Source: Eledone cirrhosa
Lineage: Eukaryota
NCBI GenBank assembly: GCA_964016885.1
Contig: OZ024741.1
Location: forward strand, 236,034,001-236,098,000
Length of the DNA stretch: 64,000 nt
Direction of reading: 5' to 3'
In this document: positions 1 to 11,800 of the stretch, one piece after another
Numbering within the stretch: position 1 is the first letter of the stretch
Layout of the letters: every line of letters starts with the position of its first letter
Made by a program: the position numbers and the translations under genes
Notes under the pieces: model-generated
Databases searched by the model: none
What the model was told of the DNA's origin: nothing
Seen by the model: only the letters and a program-made list of their open reading frames with translations

Positions 1-717
1 GTTAAACCAGTAAACTTGTGTGACCTACCAACTTCTAAAAACCCAAACGAGGAGTACCATGAAAAAAAAGTGTCCCAAAACGGGGAGAAATGAGGCAAAA
101 AGGGGGAAATTTTACATACTGAAAGTTATACCCATTTTCACAAGAGAAGACATCTCTCACTCATCCCAAAGTGGGCGAGAGATCTCCCCGTCGGACGGGG
201 AGAGCTGACAGGTCTGATTTTAATGAGCATAAGAAAAATGAATTATTTGGATAATAGATATTCTTTAGCTCGAGGTTCTTTGTTGTCTATATAATAAATC
301 ATCATCATCCAAAATAAACTCAACGATAGATCTTATTGGATTGCTTCCTTTGAGGCATAATGGCAATGCCTACAAATCTCTTTCGTACAATGTCAGTCTT
401 ATGATGTCCCCAGCTTATGTTTTAAGCGCGATAATAAATTAAGCAGTTGTTCAACAAAACGACTGAAAGATAACTAAAAGGAACAATCCTAACTATTAGT
501 CATATATATATTAATTTATATGGAAGAAAACATTTCTCTGACGAGGTAGATCCATCCTCACAAACATTGAAATACACATTTCATTAAAATGTTTCATTTT
601 ATGTATATAAAATAGCAGACAAAAAAATGAAGGGGAATGTACAAGTCAAGATACTGGGTATCTTTGACAATAGATTTCGAATAAAGGAAATGGTATCACA
701 CACACACATTATATATG

Positions 718-890
718 GCAGTATCGGTAGAGGGTCGGACGCCATGCTTTGCAGCATAGAGTTACAGCCCTTTACGGTCTGAGTTCAAATCCCACCGAGG
801 TTAACTTTGCCTTTCATCCTTATAGGGTCGATAAAATGAAGTACCAGTAATGCACTGGAATAATTGCTTGCATTGTTCCAAAAGTATAAA
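718..890 (+). mobile_element. SINE family A copy (tRNA-like head, central CCTTTCATCCT..GGGGTCGATAAAATAAAGTACCAGT block)
   Basis: Aligns by eye with the copies at 27751-27940 and 28211-28384; B-box-like GAGTTCAAATCCC. Confidence 0.85.
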
Positions 891-1153
891 TAAATAAATA
901 AATATATATATATCATAAAATGAAATTACAGGAGGCCAAAAATGTTGAATTTCCTTAATTATGTATTACCCCCCCCCCCCCAAACAAAAAACACACACAC
1001 TTTTATTGGTTTTAATGATACTGCGGTCGTGCCGTGGCACCGCCTTGATTTCATCGATCATATCGACCGCAATACCTGTTTTTTCAAGTCTGTTGCGTAT
1101 TTTATCGATTCCTTTTTGTCGAATCGCTAGGTTACGGGGAATAAGCAGACACG

Positions 1154-1202
<49 letters not shown>

Positions 1203-1212
1203 GGATGATGAT

Positions 1213-1600
1213 ATATGTACTCTTATCCCTTCATTTCTAACCTCACCACTCACAGACACCAATAGTTCATTCCGTATTTGCGACTCCGTCACCTGCACGC
1301 CCATCTACGTAGTCTATGCCCTCCGGTGTTCTCTTTGCGAGTCCTTATACATCGAACAAATAGGACGCCGTTTGGCGGGCCGTTTTGCTGAACATTTGAA
1401 GGGTATACGACTCGGTATGGTTACCCCCGTCGCTTGTCATTTCTGTAGCCCATGCCATTCTTCCCTACATGTCTCAGTCCTTGGTGACCTTTAACATCAC
1501 GGGTCACAGGCTTCGCGCACCAGGACCGAGCAGAGTCTGATTTGCCGCCTTGGGTCTAGTTTCCCCAATGGACTCAACTCCCCTCCCCAATTTCTCCAAA
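1213..1600 (+). pseudogene. Penelope-like element GIY-YIG endonuclease remnant
   Basis: Translation VTCTPIYVVYALRCSLCESLYIEQIGRRLAGRFAEHLKGI..PVACHF..HS, an in-frame TAA at 1492-1494, then EQSLICRLGSSFPNGLN in the same frame. This matches the PLE pattern VVY-x2-C-x2-C-x3-YIG.T.R.L..RF.EH..PVA.HF..EQ.LI..LG...P.GLN. Confidence 0.85.
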
Positions 1601-2219
1601 TTAAAAAAAATCTTACACACATACGCTTATGCCAATGACCTATAAACCTCCTTTTTCACACAATGTCAGTAGTACGAGGGAGACCATCGTATATTTCTCT
1701 AAGTCTTATGTTGGCTCCAGCTTCTGTTTTGAGCGTGCTAATAAATCACGCGGTTGTTCAACCCGCGAGAAAAAGCAGCTTGCCTTATAAAAATAAAAGA
1801 CCCGTTAAATAAATATAGCCAAAGACATACAAAAAACAAGGAATAGCTATAGCTGAAATGCCTTCGATTGCCTGCTAGATCGGGCGAATTGGCAGAGGTG
1901 TTAGAGCGATAGACGATGTCTTGTATCTGTTTCGGTTCTTTACGTTCAAATTCCACCTAGAGATTCAAACCCTACCGACGACAAGAGTTAATCTATCGAT
2001 CACGAGACTAGTTAAGTCTCAAATGGTAGAGGGAGATCATAGCTGTATACTACTATAGTCAAACGATAATGAGTTCGAATCCCGTTGAGATCAATTTAGA
2101 CTTTCAGTCGATAAAATTAAGTACCAGTCCAGAGCGGTGAAATTGTTTGTGTTGGGCAAAAAACTCAGCGCTATTACTTCTGGTTATTTATGTTATGAAT
2201 TTGTCTATATCTTTCTCAC

Positions 2220-2342
2220 CGACAAGAAATACCAGAAGGAAGATAACAGGAAACCATTTTTGTACCTTCCAACGCAATAGCGTAGCTAGTGTGCTGTCAG
2301 TGGAAGCCCTTGGGTTTGTGATTATCCCTGGCTCCACACTTA
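2220..2342 (-). CDS. candidate internal exon ending in a hydrophobic (TM-like) stretch
   Basis: Minus strand ATATTTTAG| ... G|GTGAGA; 123 bp, phase 1-1, open as SVEPGIITNPRASTDSTLATLLRWKVQKWFPVIFLLVFLV. No homology recognised. Confidence 0.3.
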
Positions 2343-2749
2343 CTAAAATATATACTATTGTATATATAGATCGAACGAAATGTGTCGTTCAAGGCAGACT
2401 GCTTCACCACCAGCTACGCTAATACTTCCACGAAAATTCCATAGCAAGCATATAACATTTGCTAAGTGAGTCACCGGGAGTCGTTTAACTCTTGTTATCG
2501 CATTTTCAATTAATAAATGAATAATTTTAAAGCTATTTACTAAAATTAAGAATTTTAAGGGATTTACTAAATAGTAACTTAACATGGTTCTTATATAAAG
2601 TTACATTTAAATAGCAATTCTTTAAAATGGTTGCTTTTGTTTCATAGAACCAGAGCCGATTTGGTATCAAGAGTTAACCTGAGAAAGAAAAAAAAAGGAT
2701 ATGGAAAACATTGTCAATGCAAGTAACCCAGCACGAACCAACCAACTTC

Positions 2750-2890
2750 AGTATTTTACTGGTATTATATTTTATTGACACGAAATGATGAAAGGCAAAA
2801 TTGACCCCAGCGGGATTTCAACTGAATCCTTAAAAAGAGCAGTAACTAAATGCCACAGCAGGCATTTCCTCTGCTGTTTTACTGATTTTA
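2750..2890 (-). mobile_element. degenerate SINE family A copy
   Basis: ACTGGTA..TTTTATTGAC..GATGAAAGGCAAAATTGAC is the reverse complement of the family A core. Confidence 0.7.
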
Positions 2891-2914
2891 ATAATACTAG
2901 TTATTATTATTATG

Positions 2915-3005
2915 TTTGCCTTTCATCCTTACGGGGTCGATAAAATAAAGTACCAGTAATGCACTGGGTATTTGCTGGCCCTTGTGCCTAAAGTAGAAAC
3001 AATTA
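2915..3005 (+). mobile_element. SINE family A, 3' half
   Basis: TTTGCCTTTCATCCTTACGGGGTCGATAAAATAAAGTACCAGTAATGCACTGGG..GTGCCTAAAGTAGAAACAATTA, near-identical to 28299-28388. Confidence 0.9.
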
Positions 3006-3084
3006 TGTTAAATAACATCAGATCAAAGCCATAATAAAATATCAATGACAATAATATTTGCGAGCTTCTACGTTGTAATTCGAA

Positions 3085-3240
3085 CTGCTAGAGATAGCAG
3101 CCACATATCTTATCACAAAAATTTAACGCATTGGATAAGTTTTAGGTACAATATGAAAAAAAACAAAAAAAAAAACGAACGGTCATAAATAGAATGCCTT
3201 TAGTTAGTTAAAGTAGAGCCGATTTGGAAAATTAACAACA
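3085..3240 (+). mobile_element. old dispersed repeat family C (CTGCTAGAAATAGCAGCC..GGTCA..GAATGCCTTT..AAACAAC)
   Basis: Related motifs recur at about 29430-29605(-), 34500-34815(-), 51665-52090(+), 55828-56005(-) and 61830-62005(-). Confidence 0.6.
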
Positions 3241-3949
3241 ATAAATCAAAATATATATCCTTGGCTGGAAATAGTTACTTTCTGTGCTGGGAACGTGTAA
3301 GTGTTCAAAACCATTGTTTAAGCAATTAACACCTCCACTAGAAACTATAAAAATAAATAATAGAAAAAATGATTTTATTAACCTACCTACCGGGAATATT
3401 GTAGCCAGCTTTATTGGTCCAAGGACCAAGTTTTATGGAATTTCTGTTTCAGTGTCAAATTAAGATTCCACTAGTAAATTTCTAATTCGATGTTGACTGC
3501 CGTGTACAATCGACACGAACGGTTGAGTGAATGTGAACTGGAAGCCTCGTAGTTCTTATCATCAGCCAAACTCCAATAGAAATAATGTAAAATAATTTAC
3601 ATTAAACTCTTATTTATTCAACATCATATTGTAGGCCGACAGATTAAGGTTTCGAATACACAAGCCACCAGGTCATAACATTTAGACCAGTGTTTTTTAC
3701 GCTTTTTTTTTGCCTCATGTAACATTTCGATTTAATAAAAAACAAATATATTTTTTAATTTGCACCCCCACAATTATCAAAGTCAATATGTAGCATAGTA
3801 TACACACTCCATTTTGACTTCCCACGTTTCATCACGAGAAACACTGGTCAAGTCAAACCGACCCATTTATACTTCGCTTTATGTCACTAAAAGAAAGATA
3901 CCAAGGACTCAGTGCTTTTCCCTTTGTCAATATTGGGGTCACCTCTTAC

Positions 3950-4037
3950 CGAAATATCAGGTTTTGCTCGTGAAGGTGCTTGACTGTTTCTATTTCATCT
4001 TTGCAACCACCAGCAGAAACATCGTGTTTTGGTTTAT
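3950..4037 (-). CDS. candidate internal exon
   Basis: Minus strand poly-T AG| ... CG|GTAAGA; 88 bp with one open frame, DKPKHDVSAGGCKDEIETVKHLHEQNLIF(R). Confidence 0.35.
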
Positions 4038-4159
4038 CTAAAAAAAAATTTTTTAGGGTGCATGTCTGGACAGGGTGTTTTATGGAAGACTATCAGTCGC
4101 CTATGCATGTTAGTGTTCCCTTCTCCAAAGGAAACGCAAAAACTGATACAGCAACCATT

Positions 4160-4285
4160 TTTTTCCAGCTGAAAGAACGGGAGAAACGTAAAATCTTGCT
4201 TAAGTACATAACTTGCCATCCAGTCCAGGAATCGAATTTACGATCATCAGTCTAACACCCTAACCATTAAGCCAGACGCTTTTCA
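4160..4285 (-). mobile_element. degenerate tRNA-derived SINE (family B-like head)
   Basis: Reverse complement gives TGGCTTAATGGTTAGGG (A box) and TTCGATTCC (B box). Confidence 0.55.
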
Positions 4286-4749
4286 CACAGAAAAATACTA
4301 ATATTCCCCGTTGTAGTGGGTAATTGAGGAAGTCTATTTTTTATTTACTCATTTTTATTGTCCATTTACTTTTGTAAATTATATGTATGTTTCTAAGTTG
4401 TTAATATTTTAATAAATTAAATTACTTTCTGTTATATTGGAGAAGCTGTGAAAAATACAATTATTTAATTAAACTTCAATGTTTGGTTGGGCTAGGTAAA
4501 AATGTGAGACCATGAATCGGCATCTGGAAAGTCTCCATTCAAAGTGCAGACCTTTGTATAGGACAAGCAGTTTTCATTGATGTTAGATAAAAGCAAGTGT
4601 CGATAAAATCAAATGTGAACTCAGAAAAAGCCCGAACAGATTCCGCCATCCCCACTGCAGAGATTCAAAACAAATACCGCAAGGTATTCAATTTGCCACC
4701 AAACCTCACTATTGAACAATAAATAATTCATCATATTCTACTCGATGGT

Positions 4750-5170
4750 CTTTCAAAATTCTCTGTTGATGAACTTTATACATTTGGTCACCACTTTCAT
4801 CACATAGGTTATTCTTAGAGAATGTCTTCATTTAATTGACAGTTCTTCAATTTTTTTCTTGATTTAAGCAAAAGGTTCTTTGGATAATCCTATCAAAGGT
4901 GATGTTACCATATGTGACTAGCCCGATGTGGTTTTCGTAGAATAAATCGAAATCTCTTGTTGTTGATTTGACTTCTGAAAACATATCTTCATCTTGTAGT
5001 TTACTATTACCCTTTCGTACAAACACTATATCAAATAAAGAGCGCATTCTGACACACCTCGTTTCAATGATACTTGGATAACGGTAGCCATGTGTCTTAG
5101 CCTCTAAACCTGATATATCCAGCCAGAATTCTCTCACCTCTTTCTGTTCAAACCGGCTGTAACTGACCAC
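4750..5170 (-). pseudogene. possible decayed hAT (Charlie/ZBED-like) transposase fragment
   Basis: SRFEQKEVREFWLD..SLFDI..NSKLQDEDM loosely resembles the hAT region RF.EL..E...FL..LAYL.DIF..LN..LQG; heavily degraded. Confidence 0.35.
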
Positions 5171-5205
5171 TCATATTGATGTTAAAGTATTGTTCTCAAA
5201 ATAAA

Positions 5206-5330
5206 TAATTGTTTCTACTTTTGGCACAAGGCCAGAAATTAACCAGTGCATTACTGGTACTTTATTTTATCGACATTGTAAGGATAAAAGACAAAGTTAA
5301 CCTCGGCTTGATTTGAACTCAGAATGGCAA
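5206..5330 (-). mobile_element. SINE family A, 5'-truncated
   Basis: TAATTGTTTCTACTTTTGGCACAAGGCCAG..ACTGGTACTTTATTTTATCGAC..GATTTGAACTCAGAA. Confidence 0.9.
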
Positions 5331-6187
5331 AATAAATAATATCAAAATCTCATGGATTCGATATTATGTGAGATAAGGCCTTTACCGTGAAAATACCATA
5401 GTATATATAGAGTAATGTAAATATTAAAGGGTTATACGACCAAGAACTGGTCTCCATGATGAACTAATATCCCCCTACCACCAACAATCTGACGTTTTTT
5501 AGAGTTAAAATCCGTAAAAAAAATATACACTTATTAAACGCATCTTCGATATGTGGTTTCGGTTTCTTTGTAATTACAACACACTTCATTATTATCGCGC
5601 GTTGATTATTTTGATCAGGTAAATATATTGTTGTTTATATGAAGAATATTTATGCTAGTTTTTCTAAAGGCAAATACTTTTCCCACGTTTTCTTTTGATA
5701 AACGGCTATCGAATAGCACACACATATGCATACACACAGACTTTAAAAAATAGTTTATTTTATAATCAAAGAACTTTCAACAACAATTTATTTTTCTTTT
5801 ATTTGTACCAAACATTGCAGAAGGGGTCACTTTTTACAATATTGATTTTAAATTTTTAATTAAAATAGGAAAACATATAATAAAAGTTGTCAGCGTCAAT
5901 AATTGTTGCACTTTATTTGTAGTGACATAGACGATAACGAGTAACGAGGTCCTGAAACATGGAATGTTATGGGGGCTCTTTTAAAATAGTGACAACCAGG
6001 CGACAATGAATAGAAGTTGGTTCTGGAATTAGGGATCCCGAAACTTAATCTTCATTAATTTCATAGATCCATAACTGCTGACAACCAACAAAGATAAAAC
6101 ATAAATCACACGGGTTACTCATCACCAATACCTATACCTAATGTGACAGAATAAATGCTAATAAGGGTGTGGCAGGGTTAAATTAAC

Positions 6188-7420
6188 CTCTACTTCTTCG
6201 CCCACTTATTCCTCAGAGGGTCGTGGAAGCAGAATCCTCAAATACTCCTTCCAGTCGGTCCTGTCAGAAGCAATCGTCTCCAACTGATCTACTAGATCTC
6301 CAAGATAGACCAGCCAAGCTCATAAGTGTTATTCAACCATCTTGCCCGGAGTCTACCGCTGGGTCTCCTGCCAGTTGGTTTTGCCTATAAAATCTGTCCA
6401 GTCATTCTTTCCTGAGACATTCTAACCACAGGTCCATAGTATTGGAGCTGTGATCTCTCAATTCGGAGAAATAGCAGCTCTACCTGGAGTGACTTTCTGA
6501 TCTCTGAGCAATGCACTCTATTGAGTAACATTATCCCAAAGACCCTTTGGAGGAGCCCCATTTCGGCCGCTTGTATTCACAATTGTATTCTTTCAGTACC
6601 TCCCTTCTTCTCATTACCGAATTCTGAAGTTGGCATATTACTGCACCAGCTTCTACAATTCTTGCACTTAATACAGCCTCCTGCTTTCCATCACTTGTGA
6701 ACACAGTCCCGAGATTCTTGAACTTCTCTACCTGTTACAGTGGAACTCCATTCACATGTTGAGTGCTTTGCACCAGCTTCTTTGAGAGGACAAATGTCCC
6801 AGTTTTTACAGCACTGATTTTCATTCCAGCCATGCAGCACTCGGTATCAAACCTATCAAGTGCATGTTGAAGATCACCTGTCAAGTTAAGTAAAACCATA
6901 TCAACTGATTTTACACCCACCTCTCATGACACCACTTCCAACCTGGTTGTGCATGTCAATACTGTTCATGAAAATAATGAATAGGAGAGTTTACAATATG
7001 CAACCTTGGTGGAGTTCGACTCCTACTTTGAACGATTTCGATTTAGCACCATTTATCTGAACACAATACTCAGGCATTCATTTAGAGACATCAGGGCAGC
7101 AAGAAACAGACTATCAATCCCATACTCCTGCACAACCTTCCACAGCAGGTCCTGAGGAATGTGGTCATATGACTTTTCAAGGTCTACAAAAGAAGAATAT
7201 ACTTCTTAGCAACACTTCTACAATTTCTCGAAGACCTGCCGCTGCATGAATATATGGTTGGCTATGTTTTGTCTGGGTGAAAACCGCGCTGTTCATCAGC
7301 TAGCTTGGCCTCGAGAATCTGCCTACATCTCTTTGCCAGACACTTAGCATAGACTTTACTGGAGAGGCTTAACAAGGAGATCTCTCTGTAATTGGATTTA
7401 TCTCTATCCCTGATTCCCCT
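6188..7420 (-). mobile_element. RTE-clade LINE (Expander/Rex3-like) reverse transcriptase and 3' end, decayed
   Basis: Minus-strand peptides NYREISLLSLSSKVYAK..EQRGF, FVDLEKSYDHIP..LWKVVQEYG and IQAAEMGLLQRV..LLFLRIERSQLQYYG..RRPSGRLRARW; ends in a GAA-type tail; contains stops and deletions. Confidence 0.9.
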
Positions 7421-7496
7421 TATACCATGTATATTTATGGATGTCCCTGTGCTGGAAGAATGTGTTTATAATAGAGAGTCCATTGCTAGAACAGAT

Positions 7497-7658
7497 GGAG
7501 GCTGGATTAACCACTAAATGAAATAAGCACATACCTAGGGTATCATTTTATTCAAATAAAATATATTTGTCATAAAAAAAAATGCAGACTATATGGAGGG
7601 AAGGGGCACCACAGTCTTTTAAGTGCTTGGGATGTCATTAGGGCCTAATTTAGCCATG
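7497..7658. mobile_element. hAT-like MITE, copy 1
   Basis: Ends GGCTGGATTAA and TAATTTAGCC; the body (AAATAAGCACAT..TAGGG, TGCAGACTATAT) is shared with 51762-51973. Confidence 0.6.
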
Positions 7659-7914
7659 AGGTATGGCTATTAGACCATCAGTTTGTATGCATTGCAACTT
7701 ATGGTTAATGTCACAAGAGTAGACATGGAAGAGCTATGTCATAAAAGAAGGTCTCTCCATAGTCCATACCCCAGGAATTTACCCAGGGAAGAACAAGGAG
7801 GAAGATAACATAGCTCTGGTGATGGTCCATATACCTTCGAAAGAGTAGTTGAAGGAAGCTTTGGCAGTGTATAGCAGGTTGTGTGCTACACTAACCTGGG
7901 CAGGGCAATGGTGA

Positions 7915-8800
7915 AGATGATGATAACAATGGGGATGATGTTGATGATGATAATGATGATGACAGGGATGTTGATGACAATAATGTTAATGTGGTGGTGG
8001 TGGTGGTGGTGGTGGTGGTAGTGAATGATGATACTAAATTAGAATCACAATTATGCTGGTGGTAGTGATAACAATGGTGATAATGGAGAAACTTAAAAGA
8101 GAGGAGGGGGTAAATGGACAAAGTAGATGGGATGGGACAGAAAAGCTAATATTTTATGTCCATAAGGCTAGGGTGTATAAGGAGAGGGGAGGTACAGTAA
8201 TTAGGGAATAGTAAATAGGGATTTACTAAACACTGATGTTATCTTTGCCAATATCATCATCATCATAACTGTCACTACTACAAACCCCACTACCACCATC
8301 ACCACCACAACTATCAGAATAATAATAATTTCTAATTGAGGAACAAGGCCAGCAATTTGTTAGAAGCTCAAAGTCCATTAAACCACCACCACCACCACCA
8401 CTATGATATAACCATCATCACCATCACCGATATTCATATTCATTACCACCATTGTCAATCCTTCCCCATCCTCATCATACATCAACATCACATTTCCATG
8501 ACCATCATCATCACCATTACTACTATTAACATAAACATCATCATCATCACTATCATCTCCACAAACACCACCACTACTACCCTCCCTCAAGTACACTGCC
8601 ATCACTACCACCATTATTTCCACTAACATCAGCACCACATTCACCAAAATCATCATTATTGCCACCACTACCATCACTAACCCCACTATTACCACCACCA
8701 CCACCACCAATGATACTATCATCATCATCATCACTACTACTTGCCAACACTCTCCATCACCATCTAACACCACCAGCAATAATACTCCCATCATCATTGT
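7915..8800. repeat. low-complexity GAT/GGT then CAT/CAC trinucleotide mosaics
   Basis: Directly visible; the strand bias flips at about 8100-8250. Confidence 0.85.
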
Positions 8801-8804
8801 CATA

Positions 8805-11800
8805 ATCATCATTGTTGGTACCACTGCTACTCCCCCACCACTATCACTAACACCACCAACACTGCCACCACCAGCAATAACACTTCCATCATCATTGTTG
8901 GTACCACTACTACTCCCCCACCACTATCACTAACACCACCAACACTGCCACCACCAGCAATAACACTTCCATCATCATTGTTGGTACCACTACTACTCCC
9001 CCACCACTATCACTAACACCACCAACACTGCCACCACCAGCAATAACACTATCATCATCATTGTTGGTACCACTACTACTCCCCCACCACTATCACTAAC
9101 ACCACCAACACTGCCACCACCAGCAATAACACTTCCATCATCATTGTTGGTACCACTACTACTCCCCCACCACTATCACTAACACCACCAACACTGCCAC
9201 CACCAGCAATAACACTTCCATCATCATTGTTGGTACCACTACTACTCCCCCACCACTATCACTAACACCACCAACACTGCCACCACCAGCAATAACACTT
9301 CCATCATCATTGTTGGTACCACTACTACTCCCCCACCACTATCACTAACACCACCAACACTGCCACCACCAGCAATAACACTTCCATCATCATTGTTGGT
9401 ACCACTACTCCTCCCCCACCACTATCACTAACACCACCAACACTGCCACCACCAGCAATAACACTTCCATCATCATTGTTGGTACCACTACTACTCCCCC
9501 ACCACTATCACTAACACCACCAACACTGCCACCACCAGCAATAACACTATCATCATCATTGTTGGTACCACTACTACTCCCCCACCACTCTCACTAACAC
9601 CACCAACACTGCCACCACCAGCAATAACACTTCCATCATCATTGTTGGTACCACTACTACTCCCCCACCACTCTCACTAACACCACCAACACTGCCACCA
9701 CCAGCAATAACACTTCCATCATCATTGTTGGTACCACTACTACTCCCCCACCACTCTCACTAACACCACCAACACTGCCACCACCAGCAATAACACTTCC
9801 ATCATCATTGTTGGTACCACTACTACTCCCCCACCACTATCACTAACACCACCAACACTGCCACCACCAGCAATAACACTATCATCATCATTGTTGGTAC
9901 CACTACTACTCCCCCACCACTCTCACTAACACCACCAACACTGCCACCACCAGCAATAACACTTCCATCATCATTGTTGGTACCACTACTACTCCCCCAC
10001 CACTATCACTAACACCACCAACACTGCCACCACCAGCAATAACACTTCCATCATCAATGTTGGTACCACTACTACTCCCCCACCACTATCACTAACACCA
10101 CCAACACTGCCACCACCAGCAATAACACTTCCATCATCATTGTTGGTACCACTACTACTCCCCCACCACTCTCACTAACACCACCAACACTGCCACCACC
10201 AGCAATAACACTTCCATCATCATTGTTGGTACCACTGCTACTCCCCCACCACTATCACTAACACCACCAACACTGCCACCACCAGCAATAACACTTCCAT
10301 CATGATTGTTGGTACCACTACTACTCCCCCACCACTATCACTAACACCACCAACACTGCCACCACCAGCAATAACACTATCATCATCATTGTTGGTACCA
10401 CTACTACTCCCCCACCACTATCACTAACACCACCAACACTGCCACCACCAGCAATAACACTTCCATCATCATTGTTGGTACCACTACTACTCCCCCACCA
10501 CTATCACTAACACCACCAACACTGCCACCACCAGCAATAACACTATCATCATCATTGTTGGTACCACTACTACTCCCCCACCACTATCACTAACACCATC
10601 AACACTGCCACCACCAGCAATAACACTTCCATCATCATTGTTGGTACCACTGCTACTCCCCCACCACTATCACTAACACCACCAACACTGCCACCACCAG
10701 CAATAACACTTCCATCATCATTGTTGGTACCACTACTACTCCCCCACCACTATCACTAACACCACCAACACTGCCACCACCAGCAATAACACTTCCATCA
10801 TCATTGTTGGTACCACTGCTACTCCCCCACCACTCTCACTAACACCACCAACACTGCCACCACCAGCAATAACACTTCCATCATCATTGTTGGTACCACT
10901 ACTACTCCCCCACCACTATCACTAACACCACCAACACTGCCACCACCAGCAATAACACTATCATCATCATTGTTGGTACCACTACTACTCCCCCACCACT
11001 ATCACTAACACCACCAACACAGCCACCACCAGCAATAACACTATCATCATCATTGTTGGTACCACTACTACTCCCCCACCACTATCACTAACACCACCAA
11101 CACTGCCACCACCAGCAATAACACTTCCATCATCATTGTTGGTACCACTACTACTCCCCCACCACTATCACTAACACCACCAACACTGCCACCACCAGCA
11201 ATAACACTTCCATCATCATTGTTGGTACCACTACTACTCCCCCACCACTATCACTAACACCACCAACACTGCCACTACCAGCAATAACACTTCCATCATC
11301 ATTGTTGGTACCACTACTACTCCCCCACCACTATCACTAACACCACCAACACTGCCACCACCAGCAATAACACTATCATCATCATTGTTGGTACCACTAC
11401 TACTCCCCCACCACTATCACTAACACCACCAACACTGCCACCACCAGCAATAACACTTCCATCATCATTGTTGGTACCACTACTACTCCCCCACCACTAT
11501 CACTAACACCACCAACACTGCCACCACCAGCAATAACACTTCCATCATCATTGTTGGTACCACTGCTACTCCCCCACCACTATCACTAACACCACCAACA
11601 CTGCCACCACCAGCAATAACACTTCCATCATCATTGTTGGTACCACTACTACTCCCCCACCACTATCACTAACACCACCAACACTGCCACCACCAGCAAT
11701 AACACTATCATCATCATTGTTGGTACCACTACTACTCCCCCACCACTATCACTAACACCACCAACACTGCCACCACCAGCAATAACACTATCATCATTGT

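Noticed and set aside
538-590. CTGACGA..GAAA hammerhead-like spacing
   Set aside because: No convincing stem II closing at GAAA and no stem III.
7821-7875. Kinase Gly-loop-like peptide YTFERVVEGSFGSV
   Set aside because: Bounded by stops, first Gly missing, and no further kinase motifs nearby.
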